32,000 bases of DNA, taken from contig CABZTB010000003.1 of the NCBI GenBank assembly GCA_902528545.1, positions 47,433-79,432 of the forward strand, in the 5' to 3' direction. Within the stretch, counting starts at the first letter, position 1, and the number at the start of each line of letters is the position of its first letter. Source of the DNA: an uncultured Pelagibacteraceae bacterium. Lineage in GTDB: Bacteria > Pseudomonadota > Alphaproteobacteria > Pelagibacterales > Pelagibacteraceae. Shown here piece after piece: positions 1-7,426 of the stretch. The position numbers and the translations under genes were made by a program. The notes under the pieces are model-generated. The model made no database searches. It was given only the letters and a program-made list of their open reading frames with translations, and was not told where the DNA came from.

Positions 1-291
1 AGTATTAGAGGCAATATTGGATTTGATTTAGAAATGGATAATGGTTTATCTCTAATGACGATCTATGAAAGAAGTCAAAGTGAAATTGCTCATAGTGATA
101 CCTTATATATAGGGTTTGGCTATGTGCCTGTTGAAAGTACTGAGTATGCTATGAAATTAGATAATAATAAAGCATCTTTAAATTATAAAAGAAATTTAAG
201 TGGTTTTGATATCAACATAAGTTCCAACTATAGTTTAATAAGTGAAATTCCTGAATATGGAACAAACCTTGAATTAAGAAATACATTCTAA
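1..291 (+). CDS. C-terminal fragment of an outer-membrane beta-barrel/autotransporter-like protein (5' truncated by window edge)
   Basis: Frame is open from base 1 (SIRGNIGFDLEMDNGLS...). Alternating polar/hydrophobic beta-strand pattern ending in a terminal Phe (LELRNTF*), typical of outer-membrane barrels. Confidence 0.5.
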   Translation, partial: SIRGNIGFDLEMDNGLSLMTIYERSQSEIAHSDTLYIGFGYVPVESTEYAMKLDNNKASLNYKRNLSGFDINISSNYSLISEIPEYGTNLELRNTF

Positions 292-329
292 ACTATTATT
301 AAGAGAGAGAATAACATATATTCATACTG

Positions 330-1742
330 ATGAAAAAATTCTTAGGCATAATTTTTCTGGGACTAATATTAAACAATAATGCTTTTGCTGGACCATATGA
401 AAGTTTGATAAAATTTAATAGATGGCTAAGCTTAAATGGTTATGATCAGTATTTAGATAAAACAGGAGATCCTGTTGATATGGTGCTTGATAGATCGCTT
501 TGTACATCTGAGGCAACTTGGGACGAATGTGTTGGAGCTGATGGAAAATTAATACCAACCAAAGATCGTAAATACACTCTAATTTATCCAAATAATTTAG
601 ATGTAAAAATAATGAAAAGGGGAGGTGGAAACGAAATAAATTATCAAGCCAATCCTAATTTTGGCACTTTACTCTTTTATGTTTTCCATTACTTAGAGGA
701 TATAAAAGGATTTGGTAAATATTTAGTACAACCATCTAAAAATCCAATTAAATTCAAATCAAATTTAATAGATGATAAAATTGTAAAAAAACAATTACAA
801 ACAAAAGCAATTCTAAGTTATCTTTATTTTGAAAATGATGAAATCATTGTTGATGAAATTTCACCTAAGGATCGTTTTGGTATTATCTTTAAAAATGATA
901 CTAAATGGAGTTCCATGTCGATGGGTAAAAGCTTAGTTTCTTACGTGACAGGTCATGCAATTTGTGGCGGTTATATTGATAGTATTGATACAACATTAAA
1001 CGACTGGCCTTTGATCAAGAACACTCTCTATTCTAAAAAAAAATTAATTGATATTCTAAACATGGCTGCTGGAGATCAACAATATGTTGATGATCATGAT
1101 GGATTAAAAAAGACTGGAAGATGGTACAATAGCTTTCCTATATCTGCTTTTGCTGATTTAGAATTAAAAGATTCAGAACCATCTAATTCTAAAAAGTATC
1201 ATTATAATGGTTTAGCAACAAATATTATAATGAACTATGTAATTTACAAAACTGATAAAGATTTTCAAAAACTTTTAAATGAAATTTTTCAAAAAAAAGC
1301 CAAAGTAGAAAATAGTGTATTTTTTTTAAAACAAAAAGGAATTTCAGATAAGCAAGGTCCAGGAAGATATTCATTTAGAGCTAGTAGATATGATTATCTA
1401 AGAATTGCAAAAGCAATCATGGATGATTATCAAAATGATACTTGTGTAGGTAAATATTTAAAAGAAATTCATGAAAGGAGAATTAAAAAAAATTTAAAAA
1501 AAGGACACGAACCTGGCTTTAATCTCTCGAGTACTTATGGTGGACAATTTCATATGGATTATCCAGGTCTAAAAAATAGGGTAGTTTTTGGTTTAGGAGG
1601 TTTTGGTGGTCAGGCGATTTTGATTGATGTGGAAAATTCAAGAATAGTTGTTCTAAATTCTTTGCATTATAATAACAAGAAATTCAAATATAATGTTAAA
1701 AAACTTTTATTAGATCCAATAAAAAACGGAAGATTAAATTAA
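330..1742 (+). CDS. Secreted/periplasmic serine hydrolase, beta-lactamase (class C/DUF-like) family
   Basis: 470-aa ORF with N-terminal signal peptide (MKKFLGIIFLGLILNNNAFA). SxxK-like motif in WSSMSMGKSLVSYVTG, YxN-like YHYNG, and a GG-containing C-terminal motif (YGGQFHMDYPG). Confidence 0.7.
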   Translation: MKKFLGIIFLGLILNNNAFAGPYESLIKFNRWLSLNGYDQYLDKTGDPVDMVLDRSLCTSEATWDECVGADGKLIPTKDRKYTLIYPNNLDVKIMKRGGGNEINYQANPNFGTLLFYVFHYLEDIKGFGKYLVQPSKNPIKFKSNLIDDKIVKKQLQTKAILSYLYFENDEIIVDEISPKDRFGIIFKNDTKWSSMSMGKSLVSYVTGHAICGGYIDSIDTTLNDWPLIKNTLYSKKKLIDILNMAAGDQQYVDDHDGLKKTGRWYNSFPISAFADLELKDSEPSNSKKYHYNGLATNIIMNYVIYKTDKDFQKLLNEIFQKKAKVENSVFFLKQKGISDKQGPGRYSFRASRYDYLRIAKAIMDDYQNDTCVGKYLKEIHERRIKKNLKKGHEPGFNLSSTYGGQFHMDYPGLKNRVVFGLGGFGGQAILIDVENSRIVVLNSLHYNNKKFKYNVKKLLLDPIKNGRLN

Positions 1743-1813
1743 AAAAATTTACTTAATAATATTTATTCGAACCAGAGCATGACTAGAGCATAGAGTGATG
1801 GTATAACAATGTT

Positions 1814-2314
1814 ATGAAACAAAAAGGTTTCACCCTAATAGAACTCCTAGTCGTAGTAGCCATCATTGGTATCCTTGCTGCAGTAGGAGTGGTTGTTTAT
1901 AATGGGTATACGAGTAATGCTAAAAATGCAGTTCTTAAAAATAATCATAAAACAATAATAAAAATGATTAAGGAAGATTTTGTTAAATGTGAAATTGAAG
2001 GAAAACTTGATAGATTTGTTTGGAGCAGTGGTGCAGTTAAAGAATATACAAACTGTACCCTCGCTTTTGATCAAGGTATTTTACAACAACATTTTTTTTT
2101 CGTCGGATTAAAAGACCCAATCTTTGTTAGACCTAGCGCTTGGGGAAATAGGAAAGTTATGGATTCAGGTGCCTTATGGGCTGGATCTCCAAGTGGTTCA
2201 TATAAAATAGGAAAAACTTTTGTTGAAAGTAGTTGGACTAATTTAAAAATCACAACATATATGACTGATGGGGTAACAAAATTAGAAGATAACTTAATAG
2301 TACCAAATAATTGA
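1814..2314 (+). CDS. Type IV pilin / pseudopilin-like protein with prepilin N-terminal methylation motif
   Basis: 166-aa ORF starting MKQKGFTLIELLVVVAIIGILAAVGVVVYNGYT, the canonical G|FTLIE prepilin peptidase site and hydrophobic helix. Confidence 0.9.
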   Translation: MKQKGFTLIELLVVVAIIGILAAVGVVVYNGYTSNAKNAVLKNNHKTIIKMIKEDFVKCEIEGKLDRFVWSSGAVKEYTNCTLAFDQGILQQHFFFVGLKDPIFVRPSAWGNRKVMDSGALWAGSPSGSYKIGKTFVESSWTNLKITTYMTDGVTKLEDNLIVPNN

Positions 2315-2355
2315 ATTATTTTTATTGGAAAATCTTAATAATTAATTTTCAGATT

Positions 2356-2375
2356 CTCGGATCATTCTCGGATCT
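2356..2375 (+). repeat. Element-1 left terminal paired repeat CTCGGATC-ATT-CTCGGATC-T (11-nt period)
   Basis: Exactly identical to 3360-3379. AGATAAA begins 24 nt after the first base, as in the other three sites. Confidence 0.85.
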
Positions 2376-2412
2376 AGATAGATAAATTTATGATACATTA
2401 ATATAAAAAATT

Positions 2413-3354
2413 ATGGTTTCGAGACTTAAAAAACAAAAAATAAGAGATATCTGGAAAACAGAAGATAAAGACTTTACTCCATGGTTGGTTCAAAATATTG
2501 CACTTCTTAATGAAGATTTAGGCTTGAATATTCAAGATCCTGAAAGTGAAAAAAAGTTAGATACTTTCAAAGTAGATATCGTGGCTGAAGATGATCAAGG
2601 AAAAGTTATAATTGAAAATCAGTTTGAAAAATCTGATCACGATCATTTAGGAAAATTATTAACTTACATAAGTAACGTAGAAAATACTAAAAAAGCAATT
2701 TGGATTGTAGAAGATGTAAAACCAGAACATCACAGAGCAATAGAATGGCTTAATGCTAATGTAAAAACGTGCTTATTTTTTTTAGTGAAAATTCAAGTTT
2801 TTAAAATAAAGGATAGTGAGCCAGGAGCTCAATTCTTTTTATTATCAGGACCAGATGAAAATATTACGAAGGTTGGAAAAATTAAGGAAGAGGACTCAGA
2901 AAAAGAAAAAATTAAATTTAATTTTTGGTCAGCCTTTTATGAAAAATTAAAACAAAAAAGTAATATTTATAGTAACACAGCTCCAAAGGGCAGAAATTAT
3001 ATGGGTGTAAGTGCTGGGGTAAGAGGGGTCAACTACCTTGTTGCTGCAATGAACAGATCTGGCCAAGTAGAAATCTACATTGATAGAGGAAAAGAAGAGG
3101 GCAAAGAGGCAAATTTAAAAATTTATAATCATTTGGAGAAACATAAATCATCTATTGAAAAAGATTTTGGAAATGAATTAGAATGGAAAAGACTAGATGA
3201 CTCTAGGGCTTGTAGAATAGCATTTAAATCTGATTTAGGTGGTTTCCAAGATGAAGACACATGGGAGGATATTCACAATTTTCTAGTAGATCATTTGATA
3301 AAACTAGAAAAAGCTTTTAAAGGACCGATAAAAGAATTAGATAGGATTTTATAG
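2413..3354 (+). CDS. DUF4268-family protein with N-terminal PD-(D/E)XK nuclease-like region
   Basis: 313-aa ORF. N-terminal VDIVAEDDQGKVIIENQFEKSDHDHLGKLLTYIS fits the D...E-x-Q restriction-endonuclease-like core of DUF4268 proteins; C-terminal FWSAFYEKL...YMGVSAGVRG fits the DUF4268 domain. Confidence 0.75.
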   Translation: MVSRLKKQKIRDIWKTEDKDFTPWLVQNIALLNEDLGLNIQDPESEKKLDTFKVDIVAEDDQGKVIIENQFEKSDHDHLGKLLTYISNVENTKKAIWIVEDVKPEHHRAIEWLNANVKTCLFFLVKIQVFKIKDSEPGAQFFLLSGPDENITKVGKIKEEDSEKEKIKFNFWSAFYEKLKQKSNIYSNTAPKGRNYMGVSAGVRGVNYLVAAMNRSGQVEIYIDRGKEEGKEANLKIYNHLEKHKSSIEKDFGNELEWKRLDDSRACRIAFKSDLGGFQDEDTWEDIHNFLVDHLIKLEKAFKGPIKELDRIL

Positions 3355-3359
3355 GATCC

Positions 3360-3379
3360 CTCGGATCATTCTCGGATCT
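3360..3379 (+). repeat. Element-1 right terminal paired repeat CTCGGATCATTCTCGGATCT
   Basis: 20/20 identity to 2356-2375. Embedded in the skeleton ATAGGATTTTATAGGAT-[25 nt]-GAGATAAAAT, shared with 7385-7436. Confidence 0.85.
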
Positions 3380-3400
3380 GGGGAGATAAAATAAAAAAAA

Positions 3401-3429
3401 TTTACTTATTCATCTTGTTCAATTATAAA
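3401..3429 (+). promoter_or_regulatory. Orphaned tRNA-Leu promoter (TTTACT - 17 nt - TATAAA)
   Basis: Same boxes and spacing as the promoter upstream of intact tRNA-Leu (7446-7474). Confidence 0.6.
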
Positions 3430-3461
3430 TATTGGCATAAACACTCATGAAATTCATTAAT

Positions 3462-3501
3462 GCCCTCGTGGTGAAATTGGTAGACACAAAGGACTTAAAA
3501 T
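3462..3501 (+). pseudogene. Truncated tRNA-Leu(UAA), 5' half only (acceptor 5' strand through anticodon loop)
   Basis: GCCCTCGTGGTGAAATTGGTAGACACAAAGGACTTAAAAT matches 7507-7546 exactly, then diverges. Confidence 0.92.
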
Positions 3502-3624
3502 AGTTTGAATTGAGGAATTTCAGAGTCTCTTATAGTCTCTAATAGTCTTAATCCCTTATAATCCTAGAACTTTCTAAATCGTTGGATTATTTTTATTGGA
3601 AAATATGAATAATAAATTCTGTTA

Positions 3625-3644
3625 AACTAGTAGCAAACTAGTAG
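3625..3644 (+). repeat. Element-2 left terminal paired repeat AACTAGTAG-CA-AACTAGTAG (11-nt period)
   Basis: 20/20 identity to 7402-7421. AGATAAA at fixed spacing. Confidence 0.88.
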
Positions 3645-3664
3645 TCAGAGAGATAAAATTTTAT

Positions 3665-5188
3665 ATGTTTGATTTTCTCAAAAACAATAAGTGGATTAAA
3701 TATTATGATGAAATTAAATCATATTTTAACCCAAGATTTTTAATTGATGCAATCATTCCTACAGATATCATTGATACAGCAAAAACAGTAGCAAGCAACA
3801 AATCAGAAGACCAAATATTTAGATTTATAATAGGGTGTGCAATAGTTAGAGGAATACTTATTGCAATTCCTGGAGATGTAGCTGTTGGATTATATATTGC
3901 CCAAGCTATTGATTTTGCAATGGCAGCTAACATAGCAAGACTAGTTGGTTTAGATTTTAAAAAAGAAAATATTTTTAAGTTGTTAGGAGCTGCAAGTCTT
4001 TCTGCAGTTGCTGTGCTTTATGCGTTTGAAAAAGTTTTAAATATTATATTTAAATTCGTAGCTAATTTACCAATTGCGGCACCAGCTTCATTTATTTCTA
4101 CTACAATTACTTCATTGTTTTTGGGTTTTTTTTGTTTTCTCGCTTTTACTGAAATTAAAAATAGTGGTAACAAAAAACTTAAAATACTATCTGTTGGAAA
4201 AATAGCTAAAAACGCATCTACCTTTACTTATAAAATCGGTAAAAATCTAATGACTTTGCTATTTAAAGATATGCCAGGACTTTTCAATCAAGTGAAAGAA
4301 AATGTTAAATCTTTTATGCAGCTAAACATTGACTATAAAAAAAAAATTAAGGGAGAATTTTTTTTTGCTGCAAGTATGGCTTATTTATTAGACGGAAAGA
4401 CACAAAGTTTTGATGGTCCTATAAGTCAAATGTGGCTGGATGCTTGGAGAATGTCGTATACCAATAAATTAGGCCCTGATGCCTCGATTGAAGATATTAA
4501 AAATTTAGCACAACAGTATCAGCCTGAGCAAATGCCTGGTGTTGAGAATTTGGTACAATCAAAATTTTATGAAATTTTGGAGGAAAACTATGAAAATATG
4601 GATGGAGATAATTGGTCAGCAAAACTTTTTACTGATCCGTCACATCCTGCTACTGATGTAAGATTTTATAACTCCGAGACTAATCAAACTTATGAAGTAA
4701 ACTACAAACTAACTGATGACTCTGAATATATTGAGCACCATTTAGAAAAATATCCTGATACACCAGTTGTAACTTCACCTGAAACAGCAGAGAAAATGAA
4801 TAATCCATTAGTCACCGGAGGTCAGTATGAAACTAAAGAAGTTATTAAATTATCAGATGATAATTTTATGAAATTATTAAATTCAAAACATTCACTTTAT
4901 TTGCAAGAGGGGGCCGCAGCAGCAGGTATTATTGTGCTATCAATTTATTTATTTCCTTTTTTCGTTCATTACTTCAAAGAAAATATTGATAGAGAACAAT
5001 TTATGTTAGCTGTTAAGAAATTTGTACCAGATGTTACTACCAAAACATTAAATAGAATAATAATGCTTACACTTATGGGGCCTATTTTTGGATGGTTTTT
5101 ATTAGCAAGATTTTTATTAAATATATCAACCCACGAAAGTGATAATGTTAAAGATATAAAGCAATTATTTTATAAACCCTTAGTATGA
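3665..5188 (+). CDS. Uncharacterised multi-pass membrane protein with an inserted soluble domain
   Basis: 507-aa ORF. Hydrophobic segments near the N-terminus (FRFIIGCAIVRGILIAIPGDVAVGLYIAQAIDF..., LLGAASLSAVAVLYAFEKV, ITSLFLGFFCFLAFT) and C-terminus (AAAAGIIVLSIYLFPFFVHYF, IIMLTLMGPIFGWFLLARFLL) flank a ~180-aa hydrophilic region. Confidence 0.8.
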   Translation: MFDFLKNNKWIKYYDEIKSYFNPRFLIDAIIPTDIIDTAKTVASNKSEDQIFRFIIGCAIVRGILIAIPGDVAVGLYIAQAIDFAMAANIARLVGLDFKKENIFKLLGAASLSAVAVLYAFEKVLNIIFKFVANLPIAAPASFISTTITSLFLGFFCFLAFTEIKNSGNKKLKILSVGKIAKNASTFTYKIGKNLMTLLFKDMPGLFNQVKENVKSFMQLNIDYKKKIKGEFFFAASMAYLLDGKTQSFDGPISQMWLDAWRMSYTNKLGPDASIEDIKNLAQQYQPEQMPGVENLVQSKFYEILEENYENMDGDNWSAKLFTDPSHPATDVRFYNSETNQTYEVNYKLTDDSEYIEHHLEKYPDTPVVTSPETAEKMNNPLVTGGQYETKEVIKLSDDNFMKLLNSKHSLYLQEGAAAAGIIVLSIYLFPFFVHYFKENIDREQFMLAVKKFVPDVTTKTLNRIIMLTLMGPIFGWFLLARFLLNISTHESDNVKDIKQLFYKPLV

Positions 5189-5203
5189 GGCTACTTTTAA
5201 AAC

Positions 5204-5845
5204 ATGAAAATTAAGAACAAGAAACTATATAGAATAGATTTTAAACATAGCAAATCCACATGTAATTATGATGAGCATGATGATTATGATGAAATATATG
5301 GAAAGGCTGTAATTGATGAAGGAGATGACAATACTGAAAATTACGTTGATGCAGGTTTAATTGAAGCTTATTTTTTAAACGTAGAGGACATAAAAGAACC
5401 GGTTCATTTTTTATTAGACTCAATATCTGGTGATCATGAGCGTCTAGCTAAATATTTTGACGATGAAAATAAAATTAACGATAAAATTAGAAAATTACTC
5501 AAATTGAGCGAAGAGGATGTTAGAATGATGAGTCTAAATTTTCTCTATATTCATAAATTAAAAGTTTTAAAAAAGTACAGAGGATTAGGAATAGGAAAAA
5601 CCTTAATGCAAGCTATGATAAATGATTATAAAAGAGATAGTTCTCTTGCTTTTTTAATTGCTGCACCCTTGCAATTTAGTGGACGAGAAATAAACGATGA
5701 TCCCAGTGCTCAAGAAAGTTTTAACAATAGAACTGAAGCCCAATCAAGAAAGAAACTTATAGAGTTATATGAGAGTTATGGTTTTTTAAAGATACCTGGT
5801 GGTGAAGGTGATATGGTAGCTTATATTGGAGATTGGTTTTTTTAA
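5204..5845 (+). CDS. GNAT-family N-acetyltransferase-like protein
   Basis: 213-aa ORF with motif A RGLGIGKTLMQAM and the C-terminal LYESYGFLKIPG pattern of GNAT folds. Confidence 0.7.
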   Translation: MKIKNKKLYRIDFKHSKSTCNYDEHDDYDEIYGKAVIDEGDDNTENYVDAGLIEAYFLNVEDIKEPVHFLLDSISGDHERLAKYFDDENKINDKIRKLLKLSEEDVRMMSLNFLYIHKLKVLKKYRGLGIGKTLMQAMINDYKRDSSLAFLIAAPLQFSGREINDDPSAQESFNNRTEAQSRKKLIELYESYGFLKIPGGEGDMVAYIGDWFF

Positions 5846-7351
5846 CTACAAGTTAAAAGGTTTTAATTTAGCCTGGACAGTTGGTCTAGTTATACTAATA
5901 CCTTCATCATTAAGTTTTAAAGCTATATTTTTGTAAGAGAAACCATCTTTTCTCATCTCTTTAATCAAAGAGATATGCTCTTTATTTAGATTAACGAAAT
6001 AGGGTGTTTTAAAATTATTTTTTTTTGCGTATCTATCAAATTGACTCCTGCTAATTGGTTTGAATTTTTTTGAAAAATCTTTTCTAATATTTGCAAAAAG
6101 TCTTTGTTTTTTAATTTCCTTTTCTAAAAATTTTTTTTCTTTTTTTGTTAAATTAATGTGTTTATATTCCTTATTTCTTAAATTTGGGTTATTTCCATCT
6201 GGATATAAATAGAAAAATAATTCTTTAAATTTTTCTCCAGTAACAACGTTTGAAATGTGTGAGGGGATTACTTTTAATTTTGAAGCAATGGTGTCATATT
6301 TTAATCCATCATTATACATTTTATGTATATTAAAAGCTATTTTCTCTCTAGTCTTAATCATTTTAAGTGGAAAATTATTATTTGTTTTTGAAACTTTCTT
6401 AAAATTACCATGATTAATTATTGAATTTATTTTTTCTCTTATATTCTCTCTATAATCAATTCTAATTAATTTAATTTTTTTTAATTGAGCATATTTTTCC
6501 TTTTCTTTGTCTCTTTTCTTAATTTTCAATAACTCTATTTTTCCATTCCCTTTTTTATTTGCCCAATGTTTTGTTGTAGTATGTTGTTCACCATCTATTT
6601 CTATAAAAATTATATTTCCTTTTTTTTCTTTAATTACGATATCAATATAATGAACATTTCCTTTATATTTAATCTGTTGTTCTATTTCAAAAGGAATTCC
6701 TAAACTATGTAAAGCGTGATAAGCTATTAGTTCATATTTAGAGGCATTACAAAAACTACATTTAACACCTCTTGTTATTTTATTAATATTTTTCTCATGA
6801 ACCTTATGCCACTCATGTATATTACATTTGACTGAGTACTTTTCGTTAGATTTGTATTTTTTATCTTTTTTGATATTTACCGCATTAACGAACCCATTTG
6901 AATAATGATTGACTAACTTTATGATTTGTTTTCCAGTTTTGGGTTTATTAAGTTTACATGTCCCACAACCTCTTCCTTGCAAATGAATTTCATATTTTTG
7001 TTTATAATTCCCATTATGAGTAGGACAAAAATAAGTGATGAAGTTTTTTGAACCTTTATATTTAAAATTTGGGTATTGGTAGAAACTATTATGAACTTTG
7101 CTCAATCTTTCTACATGTTCCTTATTAGTAAGATTGAGATTATTACACTTTGAACAAAATGGGTTCTTTCTAAAGTTAGACATTCCCTGAATATTTTCGT
7201 GATTTTCTGAACAATGAAATTTGATTTTCCAAACTTTACCTTTTCCAGATTTTAGATGAAGTGCATCAATAAATTTCCATTTGAGCTTCTTCTTTTTGCA
7301 TTTAGATATAAATTCTTCTTTAATTTGAGCTATGTTTCTTAAACTTCTCAT
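5846..7351 (-). CDS. Putative endonuclease: N-terminal Cys/His zinc-finger repeats, VSR/DUF559-like nuclease core, C-terminal HTH-like repeats
   Basis: 501 aa. Repeats such as FCPTHNGNY..GRGCGTCK and VKCNIHEWHK..GVKCSFC; nuclease-like YIDIVIKEKKGNIIFIEIDGEQH; HTH-like KYDTIASKLKVIPSHISNVVTG and SYKNIALKLNDEGISITRPTVQAKL. Confidence 0.65.
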   Translation of the reverse strand: MRSLRNIAQIKEEFISKCKKKKLKWKFIDALHLKSGKGKVWKIKFHCSENHENIQGMSNFRKNPFCSKCNNLNLTNKEHVERLSKVHNSFYQYPNFKYKGSKNFITYFCPTHNGNYKQKYEIHLQGRGCGTCKLNKPKTGKQIIKLVNHYSNGFVNAVNIKKDKKYKSNEKYSVKCNIHEWHKVHEKNINKITRGVKCSFCNASKYELIAYHALHSLGIPFEIEQQIKYKGNVHYIDIVIKEKKGNIIFIEIDGEQHTTTKHWANKKGNGKIELLKIKKRDKEKEKYAQLKKIKLIRIDYRENIREKINSIINHGNFKKVSKTNNNFPLKMIKTREKIAFNIHKMYNDGLKYDTIASKLKVIPSHISNVVTGEKFKELFFYLYPDGNNPNLRNKEYKHINLTKKEKKFLEKEIKKQRLFANIRKDFSKKFKPISRSQFDRYAKKNNFKTPYFVNLNKEHISLIKEMRKDGFSYKNIALKLNDEGISITRPTVQAKLKPFNL

Positions 7352-7401
7352 AATAATAAGTTTACAAAATTATTATTTATATAAATAGGATTTTATAGGA
7401 T

Positions 7402-7421
7402 AACTAGTAGCAAACTAGTAG
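7402..7421 (+). repeat. Element-2 right terminal paired repeat AACTAGTAGCAAACTAGTAG
   Basis: 20/20 identity to 3625-3644, in the same orientation. Confidence 0.88.
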
Positions 7422-7426
7422 CCACA

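Larger units (their letters stand above)
2313..3501. mobile_element. Candidate stacked/remnant element 1 carrying the DUF4268 gene (true left boundary not identified)
   Basis: Left skeleton (GAATTATTTTTATTGGAAAAT...) and right skeleton (ATAGGATTTTATAGGAT...GAGATAAAATAAAAAAAATTTACTTATTC...) match the ends of element 2. The paired 20-bp repeats match each other. Confidence 0.55.
3383..3501 (+). repeat. Left copy of the ~119/120-bp direct repeat containing the tRNA-Leu promoter and 5' half (candidate attL side)
   Basis: Near-identical to 7427-7546 apart from one indel, one A/C change and a short divergent patch just before the tRNA. The last 40 nt (3462-3501) are identical to the tRNA-Leu gene. 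Confidence 0.9.

Noticed and set aside
2231-2250. GTTGGACTAATTTAAAAATC as the missing left tRNA-Leu core of element 1
   Set aside because: Located near the expected distance from 2313 but only loosely similar to AAAGGACTTAAAATCC in an AT-rich coding region, with no adjacent acceptor or D-arm sequence; not supportable.
1847-2253. Minus-strand ORFs inside the pilin gene
   Set aside because: Antisense to a clear type IV pilin ORF, with no features of their own.
2356-7421. Paired 8-mer repeats considered as a CRISPR array
   Set aside because: Only two units per site with a 2-3 nt gap, four separated sites, two different sequences, and no spacers or cas genes.
3625-7421. Paired repeats as simple transcription-factor operators (PhoB-box-like 11-nt period)
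   Set aside because: This would fit the sites upstream of 3665 and 7351, but not 3360-3379, which lies downstream of the only element-1 gene. It also does not explain end-matched codes in a fixed skeleton. Kept as a secondary possibility only.
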